This document shows, piece after piece, positions 23,513 to 33,291 of a stretch of DNA of 64,000 nucleotides. Position 1 is the first letter of the stretch. Each line of letters starts with the position of its first letter. The notes beneath the pieces were generated by a model. The model ran no database searches. It worked only from the letters and a program-made list of their open reading frames with translations, and had not been told where the DNA came from. Made by a program: the position numbers and the translations under genes. The DNA comes from Candidatus Heimdallarchaeota archaeon (lineage in GTDB: Archaea > Asgardarchaeota > Heimdallarchaeia > Hodarchaeales > Hodarchaeaceae): NCBI GenBank assembly GCA_020353515.1, contig CP070695.1, positions 2,770,155 through 2,834,154 on the forward strand. The letters are read 5' to 3'.

Positions 23513-24385
23513 TTAGAACGTGCTCATAATTTCCTTAAGTTGTTGATAAAGATCAAGAATTTGATTTGGTGAAAGATTAATTGGTTGATAAGCACAATAT
23601 TCAAGTTTGTCAATTTCAAGTCGAAATAATTTTTGAAGATCACGGGGGTACCCTTTGGCGAATACCTGTAGATTATTTCTTACTTTCTTATGTTTCCGAC
23701 AAAATAGAAGTGTTAAAAATTTGAAGAAATCTTTACTCCTTATTAATTTGGGAGGCTCCAATCTATTTCCACGGACAAGATTTGATTGAACATGCGGTTT
23801 GGGGGTAAAAAAATAAGGTGGGAAAGTCTGAATCACTTCAAATTCATAAAAAAAAGAAGAAAAAACTGAAATTCGACTGTAATCAGGATCACCAGGCTTC
23901 GCACAGAGATGATTGGCAAATTCACTTTGTAAAGTCACTACAATGATTTCTGGACGATTTTTAATTTCTGAGATCTTTTTAATAAATGGTGAAGAAATAC
24001 CATAAGGGAGATTAGAAATTAATTTTTGATGAGGAGGAATTTCGAGCTTCAGGAAATCACCTGATATAACTTCTAATCTTTCACCAAAATTAAAAAACTC
24101 TTTTGATATAATAGTTGAAAGAATAGGATCAATTTCGTATGAAAAAACTTTTTGACAATTTTGAAGGAGGAAATATGTCAATGTTCCAATTCCACTGCCC
24201 ACTTCGACAATTGTATCTTTTTCATCCAAATTTGCTTCGATTAAAAGTGAATCAATCACCGATTTATTAATAACAAAATTTTGTCCCTTAGATTTCTTAG
24301 GGGAAATTGCATAATTTTGAATCAAAGTCTCTGTATATTTCTTTAAATTCCCTTTTTCAAGTAACTGGAAAACGCTCAATATCAA
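23513..24385 (-). CDS. rsmA: 16S rRNA dimethyladenosine transferase KsgA/Dim1
   Basis: GQNF, EVGSGIGTLT, YEID, SNLPYGISS, YSRISV, F.PKP.V.S. Confidence 0.95.
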   Translation of the reverse strand: MILSVFQLLEKGNLKKYTETLIQNYAISPKKSKGQNFVINKSVIDSLLIEANLDEKDTIVEVGSGIGTLTYFLLQNCQKVFSYEIDPILSTIISKEFFNFGERLEVISGDFLKLEIPPHQKLISNLPYGISSPFIKKISEIKNRPEIIVVTLQSEFANHLCAKPGDPDYSRISVFSSFFYEFEVIQTFPPYFFTPKPHVQSNLVRGNRLEPPKLIRSKDFFKFLTLLFCRKHKKVRNNLQVFAKGYPRDLQKLFRLEIDKLEYCAYQPINLSPNQILDLYQQLKEIMSTF

Positions 24386-24390
24386 TCATG

Positions 24391-24993
24391 TTATTGCTTT
24401 TTATTCATGAACAAATAATATTTTGGGGATTCTTCAATCTCTAGTAAAATGCGATTAGTGAAAATTGACACTGGGTCTGAAATATTTGTTCTTTTTGAGA
24501 AATCATCAAAAGAAGAAAAAAAATTAGTTTTTCTGGCTTCTAAAATCGACCATATTCTTTTTTGCCCTATTCCTGGTAATAGTTGTAGTTGATGCATCTG
24601 AGAAGTGAGAGGGTGTGCCTGATTAAGGAATTTTATATAGCGAGCTTCAAAATACATAACAATCTTCTTGATTATAGCAGGGAGATTGTCTTGAGCAGAA
24701 CTAGAAAGTTGATTGTAACGGATTTGCACTAATCGTAGAATACTCCTGTTCCGAGGTGAAAGTAATAAATCCTCACCAACAGAAAATCTTGATCCCATAG
24801 CTAAAATTACATCATAAAACTGGAAATTTTCAGCTGTAACAACAACTGCTAGCGGATTGTAGTCTTCAAAACGCCTGTGACTTAGTGATTTTCCTTGAGG
24901 ATAAAAATCGATTACAAACCCTTTTCCTAAATCTACAAATCGGGACTTTGCTTTCCTTTTTTTTCCCTTTTTCTGTTGATCTCTACTTCTCAT
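24391..24993 (-). CDS. DUF655 family putative RNA-binding protein (HhH)
   Basis: DFYPQG, FLNQAHPLTSQMHQLQLLPGIG, KYYLF; conserved neighbour of ksgA; start adjusted to ATG. Confidence 0.9.
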   Translation of the reverse strand: MRSRDQQKKGKKRKAKSRFVDLGKGFVIDFYPQGKSLSHRRFEDYNPLAVVVTAENFQFYDVILAMGSRFSVGEDLLLSPRNRSILRLVQIRYNQLSSSAQDNLPAIIKKIVMYFEARYIKFLNQAHPLTSQMHQLQLLPGIGQKRIWSILEARKTNFFSSFDDFSKRTNISDPVSIFTNRILLEIEESPKYYLFMNKKQ

Positions 24994-25568
24994 TAATTTG
25001 ATTCCTCGGATAAACAAGGTTAGAAATTCGTTTCCTCTTACTTTTATGCTTTTAAAGAATTGTTATATTTTTATTTTGATAACTTCAACCAAAAGTCATC
25101 TTCTGAAATAGGTAGGAGAATTATGAAGATTGAAATCATGGTTGAAAAGCGGTGAATCAATAGCTAGGAAGAGAAAATTACATCGAAGTTAATATTAGAC
25201 CATTATAAGATAGTTGGGTATAAATATGGATTTTTCTTTAGTTGGTGGTTGTAGGATTTTATGAGAAAATTAGTAGTATTATCTAGACCATTTTCCCATG
25301 CTTAGAATACAAGTTGACCTAAATGTGGCTCTCAGGGCAAGTCATCTTCTATCTGATTTTGTAAGGTCGTTATTGGACAGAGTTCTTTTAATAATCCGAA
25401 TGTCGTGATAGTGCCACTCACAGAAACTATTCTATTGTTAAAAAGCCCATTAGCGACAATTAACTAATTTTATTAGATATAAATGAACTTTTCCTCCTCC
25501 TATCACTCATTTTTACTCAAGTCTCTCTTTCTGTGTTTTACTTAGAAATAATAATCTCATCTTTTCTC

Positions 25569-26600
25569 ATGGTGGAAATAGTGAGATATCGCTGTCTAGA
25601 ATGTGATGGAAATCTTATTCAAACTGAAGCTGACATTGTATGTATGAATTGTGGATTAGTAGCAAACAAAATCTATGAAAAACCGACAATTCAACTAATA
25701 AAAGCTGAAAGTAGTTTTGGGAGTCAATTTGCTTCTATAAGTGAAAGGCCTAGTGCCATGAAATCATTAGGAACATACATTGGTACTTATCGGAAGAGGT
25801 TTCTAGCAGATGCAAAAGGGGCTCAATTAAAAATCCCTGCTAAACAACAATTTCGAAGGTTAAAATCTCTTAATGACATCTATCTTCACTTTAACGGCCG
25901 CCAACGAGAGTATCGTGGATATAATCTATTAACTACAATGTGTAGTATTCTACAGATAACAGATGCAGCAAAAGCTGATGCTCTTTTTTTATACCGAAGT
26001 GTGCAGTCTCATTTACATGGGGAATTAAAGCTTTCTTGTCTAATTATGGGTTCCCTTTATTTATCAATCCGATCTAGAAAAGAAAATATCGAGCTAGCTC
26101 GACTTGTTACTGCTGCTCAAAGTCGAGGTTATTTTATTCTTGGTAAAGATATAATTAAAGCGGCCTCATTAATCAGACAACACGCTAGAATTCGAATAAG
26201 TCATGTCAAATCTGAAGAGTATTTAGATAATGTAATCAGTCGCCTTCATAAAGACCGAGAAATCACAAAACAGTTACAAAAGAAAGTTTTTGTAGAAAAA
26301 GCTGAGTATTTTCGCTGTTTAAAACTTGGTGCAAAGAATTTACTAGCAAACTTTCCCCAATCTGATCGTGGAGGACGAAATCCATTTATTCTTGCAGCAG
26401 CAATTATTATAGCTTCAGATATTATGTTAGCACGACAAAATTCATTTTATCATTGCTATAAACGTAAATCTAGGAGAGGTATCTTGACACAAAAGCATAT
26501 TGCTAAGATTTTGGGCATTGCTGAATTCACATTACGTGAACACTATTTACTCTTAGCAAAACCCTTGATGGAAACAGAATTAAACAGTATTCAGGTATGA
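25569..26600 (+). CDS. Divergent TFB/TFIIB-family transcription factor
   Basis: Zn ribbon CLEC...CMNCG, cyclin repeats, GRNP..LAAA, HTH TQKHIAKILGIAEFTLR; lacks the PEWRAF B-reader. Confidence 0.85.
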   Translation: MVEIVRYRCLECDGNLIQTEADIVCMNCGLVANKIYEKPTIQLIKAESSFGSQFASISERPSAMKSLGTYIGTYRKRFLADAKGAQLKIPAKQQFRRLKSLNDIYLHFNGRQREYRGYNLLTTMCSILQITDAAKADALFLYRSVQSHLHGELKLSCLIMGSLYLSIRSRKENIELARLVTAAQSRGYFILGKDIIKAASLIRQHARIRISHVKSEEYLDNVISRLHKDREITKQLQKKVFVEKAEYFRCLKLGAKNLLANFPQSDRGGRNPFILAAAIIIASDIMLARQNSFYHCYKRKSRRGILTQKHIAKILGIAEFTLREHYLLLAKPLMETELNSIQV

Positions 26601-26776
26601 ATATTGAAACTTATGGATAAAACTGCAAGAAAGCAATTAAGCGATAAAAAATACCTCGAAAACATGATAAACTGGAGTCCACTTCGCTGACTATTGGGAT
26701 TAAATCAAAAAATTAGGTTATTAAGACAACGTTTAATCCTAAATTACTAATTCGAGTAATTTTTTGGTGAATAATA

Positions 26777-28309
26777 ATGGCAGATCTCGAAAGAATGAAT
26801 TTAGTGGTCACAGGTCATGTTGATCATGGGAAGTCGACTGGCTTGGGTCACATGTTATTCCTACTCGGTCAGATTCATGATCCTAAAAAGAAACGACAAC
26901 CATGGCGTATTGCTGAGAGATATTTCAAAGAAAGTAAAGCCCAAGGAATGGGAAGTTGGTCATATGCATGGATTCTAGATCCCCTAATGGATGAAAGAGA
27001 GAGGGGTCTAACAATCAATGTATCTTTTATGGAATTTAAGACGAAAAATTTTATTTACAACCTTATAGATGCCCCTGGACACAGTGATTTTATAAAGAAC
27101 ATGATTACGGGAGCCTCCCAAGCAGATGCCGCAATTCTAGTAGTTTCAGCAAGAAAAGGAGAATTTGAGGATGGAACAAAGGTTGCAGGGACAGCTTCAG
27201 GTAAATATGCGAACGTTATTGGAATGACAACTGAACATATGCTTCTCCTTACGTCTCTTGGTGTGACTAATGTCGTTGTTGCAATAAACAAGATGGATGT
27301 AGTAGATTACGATCAAAAGCGGTATGAGCAGATTAAAAAATCTATTCATGGTATTTTCACAATGCTTATGACCGCACTTCAAGTAGACAATAAAGAAAAG
27401 CGACTTGAAGCAATTAAATATGTTCCTACAAGTGGTTTAGTAGGAGTGAATGTTCTTTCAAAAGACGTAACAGTAAAGAACCTTGAAGGACATATTGCAG
27501 CAGCAAAAGCTGGGAATGGTGATCCTGAATTCATTGAGTCATTAGAAAAGGAAATGGGAGACATTACAGCTGGCTTTGAGGCTTTATCTTGGTATGATGG
27601 ACCATCTCTAATCGATGCTCTCGATATACTAGAGTCTCCTGCAGTTAAAAAAGAAATGTTATCGAAACAACCAATTAGGCTTCCAATTCAGCAAACATTG
27701 AATATTGGTGGTGTGGGTACTGTTTTAACTGGTCGGGTTTCTAGTGGAATCTTAAAACCAAACTCAGAGGTAGTCATTTCTCCTACAAAGCAAAGTATCG
27801 AACCTCTTCCCATCTCTGTAAAGACTATACAGGAGTTCCATAAAGATATTCCACAAGCATTACCAGGTGACAATGTTGGATTTAATATAAAAACAAAGAA
27901 TATTGGCGCAAAGGATATTGTGAGAGGTGCTGTTGTAAGTGATCCTAATAACCCCGCAAAAGCTCTTAAACCTAATGTTGATGGTTTCTTGTCATTCGTA
28001 CTTGTTATACGTGGATTAGGTAAGAAAGGGAAGAAGAAAGGGGAACCAGCGTGGGGAATACATGAGAATTATTCTCCAGTAGTACATTGTGGTACAGCTC
28101 AGGTCGCTTGTCGTGTTACTAAAGTTCAAGAAAAAGACCAAATTTTACCAGAGGAGAGAGGAATGGTCTGGATGACTCCGTTAAGTCCTCTTGTGGTTGA
28201 ACCTTTTGACACATCCCCCGCCCTTGGACGTTTCGCCTTACGAGACTCTGGAAAGACAGTTGCGGTGGGAGTAGTTCAGAAAGTAGAGTATGGGAAATAT
28301 TCCTCTTAA
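26777..28309 (+). CDS. tuf: Elongation factor 1-alpha, divergent copy with insertions
   Basis: GHVDHGKST, ERERGLTI, DAPGH, NKMD, GGVGTVLTGRV, PGDNVGFN, LGRFALRDSGKTVAVG. Confidence 0.88.
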   Translation: MADLERMNLVVTGHVDHGKSTGLGHMLFLLGQIHDPKKKRQPWRIAERYFKESKAQGMGSWSYAWILDPLMDERERGLTINVSFMEFKTKNFIYNLIDAPGHSDFIKNMITGASQADAAILVVSARKGEFEDGTKVAGTASGKYANVIGMTTEHMLLLTSLGVTNVVVAINKMDVVDYDQKRYEQIKKSIHGIFTMLMTALQVDNKEKRLEAIKYVPTSGLVGVNVLSKDVTVKNLEGHIAAAKAGNGDPEFIESLEKEMGDITAGFEALSWYDGPSLIDALDILESPAVKKEMLSKQPIRLPIQQTLNIGGVGTVLTGRVSSGILKPNSEVVISPTKQSIEPLPISVKTIQEFHKDIPQALPGDNVGFNIKTKNIGAKDIVRGAVVSDPNNPAKALKPNVDGFLSFVLVIRGLGKKGKKKGEPAWGIHENYSPVVHCGTAQVACRVTKVQEKDQILPEERGMVWMTPLSPLVVEPFDTSPALGRFALRDSGKTVAVGVVQKVEYGKYSS

Positions 28310-28389
28310 CTCTCCTCATCTACTTCTTTTTTTATGGATCTTTCTTCTTCTAAGTTAACAAACAAACCCAAAAATGGTGGTTTGAGTTT

Positions 28390-29721
28390 ATGGTTGAAAG
28401 TGATTCAACTATTTCTCTAATTTGGATTGGACATGTGGATCATGGAAAATCAACTACGCTCGGACATTTATTATTTCAAATAGGAGCCATTGATCCCAGA
28501 TCCATGGAAAAAATAAAAGAAGAAGCTGAAGAACACCAAATGGAATCGTGGCAATGGGCTTATATTCTAGATACATTACCAGAGGAAAAACAGCGGGGGA
28601 TCACTGCAGATGTTGCATTCTATCCATTTAAAACGGAAAAAAGAAATTTTATACTTATTGATGCCCCTGGACATCGTGATTTTGTGAAAAATATGATTAG
28701 AGGAGCAGCACTAGCAGATGCGTGTGTATTGGTAGTAAGTGCTGTACCTAATGACCTTAAATCTGGCTTAAAAACAGGAGGCTATCAAAATCCAGGTGGC
28801 CAGACTAGGGAACATGCCATACTTGCTTCAGTCTTGGGAATTAATCAACCCATCGTGGCAATAAATAAGATGGACTTAGTTGATTTTCAAGAAAAACGTT
28901 TTTTTCAAGCGGTCACTCGTATTAAGTCATTATTTCAAGAAATCCAATCACCTTGGGCAAAAAATATTGAAGAAATACCTTTTATCCCCATTAGTGGTTT
29001 TACTGGAGATAACTTAACCCATCCTTCTGAAAAATTACCCTGGTATTCGGGGCCGAGTTTGATTGAGGCTTTAAATTCATTAAAGGGTCGTGTAACACAA
29101 GAAGAGTTAGGAATGAGGTTTGTTACATATGATTTAGATGAGAAACATGGTTTTGGAACTTTATTATTAGGAAAAGTCCTAGGAGCACCACTAGATGTAG
29201 GAGACTCAGTCATGGTATTACCTCAAGGTATTTCAGCCGAGGTAAAGGAAGCTTGGATTCAAGAAGAAAAAACAGCACGGATTGATCCAGAAAATTATGG
29301 ATCAGTTCTATTACGAAATATAGATAAAGATTCATTAGAAGAAGGGATTGTATTAACACATGAACAGACAGATTATCGTTTTGCTTCTCTTATTCGAGCT
29401 AGATTATTAGTTCTTGAAGGAGCTTTCGTACCAGGTTCTTCTTTGATTCTTCATTGTGGAACATCTTATACAACAACACAAATCTCAACAATTATTCGGA
29501 TTTTGAAGGAAAGCCCAAAACACAAGAATATATCCCGAGATTTTGAGGGAAGAATTAATATTGCCTTCAAGGGTGAATTAATCGAAGTAGATCTTATCCT
29601 TGACTCTCCGATAGTCATTGAAAAATTTTCTGAATATCCAGAATTGGGAAGGATTATATTACGACATTCTGGACAGACTATCGCAGTTGGTATTGTTCAT
29701 GAAATAATAGAACAAAATTAA
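28390..29721 (+). CDS. Second EF-1alpha-family translational GTPase (EF1A/HBS1/eRF3-like paralogue)
   Basis: GHVDHGKST, EKQRGIT, DAPGHRDFVKNMI, GQTREH, NKMD, LGRIILR..GQTIAVG; degenerate domain II. Confidence 0.88.
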   Translation: MVESDSTISLIWIGHVDHGKSTTLGHLLFQIGAIDPRSMEKIKEEAEEHQMESWQWAYILDTLPEEKQRGITADVAFYPFKTEKRNFILIDAPGHRDFVKNMIRGAALADACVLVVSAVPNDLKSGLKTGGYQNPGGQTREHAILASVLGINQPIVAINKMDLVDFQEKRFFQAVTRIKSLFQEIQSPWAKNIEEIPFIPISGFTGDNLTHPSEKLPWYSGPSLIEALNSLKGRVTQEELGMRFVTYDLDEKHGFGTLLLGKVLGAPLDVGDSVMVLPQGISAEVKEAWIQEEKTARIDPENYGSVLLRNIDKDSLEEGIVLTHEQTDYRFASLIRARLLVLEGAFVPGSSLILHCGTSYTTTQISTIIRILKESPKHKNISRDFEGRINIAFKGELIEVDLILDSPIVIEKFSEYPELGRIILRHSGQTIAVGIVHEIIEQN

Positions 29722-29795
29722 TCGGAAATAATTCTAAATAAAAGCTAACACATTAATTAATAATCATCAAGAGCACTGACAAGTTGAAGATCTTC

Positions 29796-30371
29796 TTATC
29801 GTGCACTTAAAGCGACACGTTCGATATCTTGTTTTCTTTTTATCGCATTAGAGTTTGGATTATTAGTAGAGGCTAAAATAAGTTGTTCAGCTAAGATTTC
29901 ATCAAAGGTTCTTACATTATTGAAAGCTGATTTCCTAACCGATTGAGCTAATAATCGTAGGGCAACATCAATCCGACGTTGAGGGGCACTATCAACAGCT
30001 GTATGATAAACAATTCCCCCATACGAGATACGTGTTGTTTCTTCTCTTGGTGCACAATTCACAATAGCATCAACGAGAACTTGAATGGGATTGTTCCCAG
30101 TTTTTAATTCAATTACTTGTAGGGCTGATTTCACAACATTAAGAGCCATGATCTTTTTTCCTGTATTCTTTCCAGGGCTCATTAATTTGTTTGCCAGACG
30201 CTCGATAATATGTACATAAGATTTATGAAATCGTTTGTGCTCATGACGCCCTGCACTATGAGGAACAAGTCTTTCGGTTAAATTGATATACCTAACAAGT
30301 CCAACATCTTTGATTTCGATATCTTTACAATCCCATAATCCAAATATCTTCATTTCTTCAAAATTAACCAT
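29796..30371 (-). CDS. rps7: 30S ribosomal protein S7 (uS7)
   Basis: NPIQVLVDAIVNCAPREETTRI, ERVALSAR. Confidence 0.98.
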   Translation of the reverse strand: MVNFEEMKIFGLWDCKDIEIKDVGLVRYINLTERLVPHSAGRHEHKRFHKSYVHIIERLANKLMSPGKNTGKKIMALNVVKSALQVIELKTGNNPIQVLVDAIVNCAPREETTRISYGGIVYHTAVDSAPQRRIDVALRLLAQSVRKSAFNNVRTFDEILAEQLILASTNNPNSNAIKRKQDIERVALSAR

Positions 30372-30390
30372 TTTAATCTTCCACTTATCT

Positions 30391-30714
30391 CTATGTCCTT
30401 AACTCGATTTCAACAAATATTGAACGAGAAACATTTAATCTAATAATTTGTCTCATCGTTCTATCATCTGCGTCGATGTCTATTAACCGTTTATGGATTC
30501 GTAACTCGTAATCTTCCCAAGTCGCGGTGCCCTGTCCGCTTGGTGACTTTCTCACGGGTAATTTCAACTTTTTTGTAGGTAAAGGAATGGGACCTCGCAT
30601 CTTTACCCCAGACTTCTCTGCAATTCGTTTCATTTCGTCGCAGATGCCGTCAAGCTGGCCAACATCGGTACTCATTAACCTAATTCGCGCTACGGACACC
30701 AAGATTAGATTCAC
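30391..30714 (-). CDS. rps10: 30S ribosomal protein S10 (uS10)
   Basis: GPIPLPTK, RKSPSGQGTATW, RIHKRLID. Confidence 0.98.
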   Translation of the reverse strand: MNLILVSVARIRLMSTDVGQLDGICDEMKRIAEKSGVKMRGPIPLPTKKLKLPVRKSPSGQGTATWEDYELRIHKRLIDIDADDRTMRQIIRLNVSRSIFVEIELRT

Positions 30715-31045
30715 CTAATTGTAGATGTAATTCTTTCTGTTAGATTGCTCAAATGGGAAGTATAATTTAAAGTTATAAGGATTATTAGTTTTTACATCCT
30801 TTTTTATACCTAAATTGTATTTAACCTTTGAATTAACTTAAAAGTATCCAATTCAAAGAAGCAAAGCGTGTATTGTTTCTTCTCAACTTATCAAGCATGT
30901 GAAGTACTTCTTATCAATAAATTGAATCATTACTAAGTAATAGGAACCTTTAAGACAGAAATTACCTCAACAAAGATGTTGAAAATGATCCTAATATAAT
31001 AATATTCTGGTTATTTGAAAGTTATCATTAAAATTATAAGTAAAA

Positions 31046-31214
31046 CGCCGGGGGAGGGAATTTCTTTCAGGATAATAACACCCTGGAATTCGAACCCTCG
31101 AGTACAATAGTACACTGGCTTTCGGTCATAGTATAAAATTTTCAATGTCTCAAGGCCAGCGCCGTTCTAAAGGGTGATGGTGAACCATTAACCCGTCCAC
31201 TTGGCTACCCCGGC
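31046..31214 (-). tRNA. tRNA-Ser(UGA) with three introns (D-loop ~20/21, anticodon loop ~37/38, T-loop ~59/60)
   Basis: Acceptor GCCGGGG/CCCCGGC, G73, long variable arm GTAC-TATT-GTAC; removing about 31166-31195, 31121-31148 and 31060-31088 leaves an 82-nt cloverleaf. Confidence 0.85.
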
Positions 31215-31234
31215 AAAATGGATAGCTAGAGAAT

Positions 31235-31690
31235 TTATGGGCCAGTTTTATAGTCATACATCACAATTGTGCCTGCTGCTGCTATAATGGTGATAATGAT
31301 ACCCAAGATTAATAATGTAATGGAAGTTCGCACATCATATGCAAAACGAGTGGAATAATGAATTAAATAAAGGCCTCCTGAACCTATTCCAAAAAATAAT
31401 CCTGCGATCAAGGACTCAACCAAGAACTGTTCACTTGTAGATTTGAAAATTGGTACAAGTTGGGTGGCTGTCTGTCCCATTGGCAATGGTTGTTCTGTAA
31501 GATTGTAAAGTCCTCCAGCTAAAATAAATACTGTAACAAACAATAAGACGGCTAGAATATATTTATGAGGAGCTTCGTAGGGGAGTTCAATATCAGGAAC
31601 CCTAAAATCGATTGTAGGTCTTTTTAGACCAGGAATCCAAGGAAGTCGAGGAAAATAAGCCTTCTCTTTATCAGGTTGTTTTTTTGACAT
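31235..31690 (-). CDS. Oligosaccharyltransferase subunit OSTC/DC2 (OST3/OST6 family) homologue
   Basis: Three TMs; FILAGGLYNL..QP and QFLVESLIAG.FF.IG..G match the DC2 motifs FLITGGIIYD..EPP and QYIMEGL. Confidence 0.8.
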   Translation of the reverse strand: MSKKQPDKEKAYFPRLPWIPGLKRPTIDFRVPDIELPYEAPHKYILAVLLFVTVFILAGGLYNLTEQPLPMGQTATQLVPIFKSTSEQFLVESLIAGLFFGIGSGGLYLIHYSTRFAYDVRTSITLLILGIIITIIAAAGTIVMYDYKTGP

Positions 31691-31912
31691 AATAATAACC
31701 TTTATACTGAGTTCAACGTTTGATCTCTAATTTACTTTTCATTCTTTAAACTGTAATTGTATTATCTTAAGTCTGAAGACAATTTGAAACTGGATTACAA
31801 TTAATTCGCCTTTAGAGGTTAATACTATCGACAAATGTACGGGATGAGGAGCAATGAGTCTAGCTTAATTTCTTTTCGAAATTAAAGTATAATTAGATTT
31901 TTAGTTAGTTTT

Positions 31913-33076
31913 CTAATTTCCTTGGATATCTGGTTTTTTTCTCTTCTTTAAAATGTTTTTAAAGTCAATATGACCCATTCCCTCAAGATCAGAAATATTG
32001 ATCACAGTCAATTGAGAAGTATCATAGAAGGAGTCAAGATTATCAAGGTTATCATCATCATCCAGAAACCAGAGCGCCTTTTTTTGAAGAAATTGTGAAA
32101 GACTTTTGATCAATAACAACCTATCAGAATCATTTTCATCATTTGAGGATGTTACACCTGTGATCACAGGATATATAGTGTCTATTTGACTTTTAGAAGA
32201 AGAATCATCTGTTATTGGTTTAGAAAGTCCATCAAAAGGTTCAGATTTAAACCAAAGGACATCAAACTCTTTATCTGCTAAATAATTCGTTATTTCCTTT
32301 TGTAAGTTTGATCGAGGTTGTTTATAATCTTTTAAGGTATGCTGACAAATATCTTTGAACTGATTTTCCAGAATGTTTAATGGAACATCTAAGTTGGTGC
32401 CTAAGATATTACTTAAAATCTTGAAATATTGTGTTCTGGGAAATCTCTCCCCCTTTTCATATTTGTAAAGTGATTGTCGGGAAATCCCAACTTTTTTCGC
32501 AAGGATCGTCATATCTAACTGTAATTGTTTTCTACGTGTTTTAAATTTCTCCTTTGAAAGATTGACATAAACTCCTCCCCGATGTGCAAATTTTGAGATT
32601 TTTGCTGATTCTAAACCCCTTTCATATTGAAGAAACATTTGTAGTGTTTTTAATGAGATTGCAGAGATATTATGTCTCCGATATAACGTTCCTTTCTTGA
32701 TGTGTTTCCTAGTTGCAGAATGTGAGATTAATAAGGGACATCCAGAGATGAGTTTTGAAATTAGTTGAAGATCGATTGAAGTCTGTTTTTTAAAAAAATC
32801 TAAATCAACAACAACTTTAGTAATAATTTTTTTAGGATTTGGTCTTAAACTCATTAAATCAGTCTTTTTTGCGATAAAATCAAAAGCATTCGATTGGAAA
32901 TTCTCGTTCCACAAAGAATAACCTGCTTTGTGAAATTCACTTTTTGTTTGAGTAATTAACCTTTCTTTAGTCATTGTTTCCTGGACTGACATTGGATATT
33001 CCAATATTTTAACTGAAATAATAAGACCATGAGATAGGTAGACCAACCAAAACCCGAATTCGGGCTTTATGGTCAT
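31913..33076 (-). CDS. Archaeal HTH (XRE) transcriptional regulator, COG1395-like; true start probably ~32992
   Basis: FDFIAKK, G.LYRRH.I, RGGVYVNL, HTH LAKKVGISRQSLYKYEKG, PFD. Confidence 0.85.
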   Translation of the reverse strand: MTIKPEFGFWLVYLSHGLIISVKILEYPMSVQETMTKERLITQTKSEFHKAGYSLWNENFQSNAFDFIAKKTDLMSLRPNPKKIITKVVVDLDFFKKQTSIDLQLISKLISGCPLLISHSATRKHIKKGTLYRRHNISAISLKTLQMFLQYERGLESAKISKFAHRGGVYVNLSKEKFKTRRKQLQLDMTILAKKVGISRQSLYKYEKGERFPRTQYFKILSNILGTNLDVPLNILENQFKDICQHTLKDYKQPRSNLQKEITNYLADKEFDVLWFKSEPFDGLSKPITDDSSSKSQIDTIYPVITGVTSSNDENDSDRLLLIKSLSQFLQKKALWFLDDDDNLDNLDSFYDTSQLTVINISDLEGMGHIDFKNILKKRKKPDIQGN

Positions 33077-33184
33077 CCAAGAGTGAATCCCAGGGGAACT
33101 CCACCTTAAGAAGAAGGGGAGGATTATGATTATCCTGAATATTTATTTTTTTATAAATCTCCTTCTTATTAGCTTTCACAATGA

Positions 33185-33291
33185 TGGACCGACCGGGATT
33201 TGAACCCGGGAGCTCCGCCTTGCGAAGACGGCGTGAATGACCTGACTTCATGTAGATGCTAGTTCTCCGCATTTTATTTCACTATCGGCCC
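33185..33291 (-). tRNA. tRNA-Ala(CGC) with 31-nt intron in the 5' D-arm (between 10/11 and 14/15)
   Basis: Acceptor GGGCCGA/TCGGTCC (G3:U70); anticodon arm CCGTC-TTCGCAA-GGCGG; a normal D-arm with stem GTGA/TCAC results after removing about 33247-33277. Confidence 0.85.

Noticed and set aside
33090-33130. GGGGAACTCCACC and AGAAGGGGAGGATTAT resemble the two RNase P P4 strands
   Set aside because: They are only a few nt apart, leaving no room for a catalytic domain.
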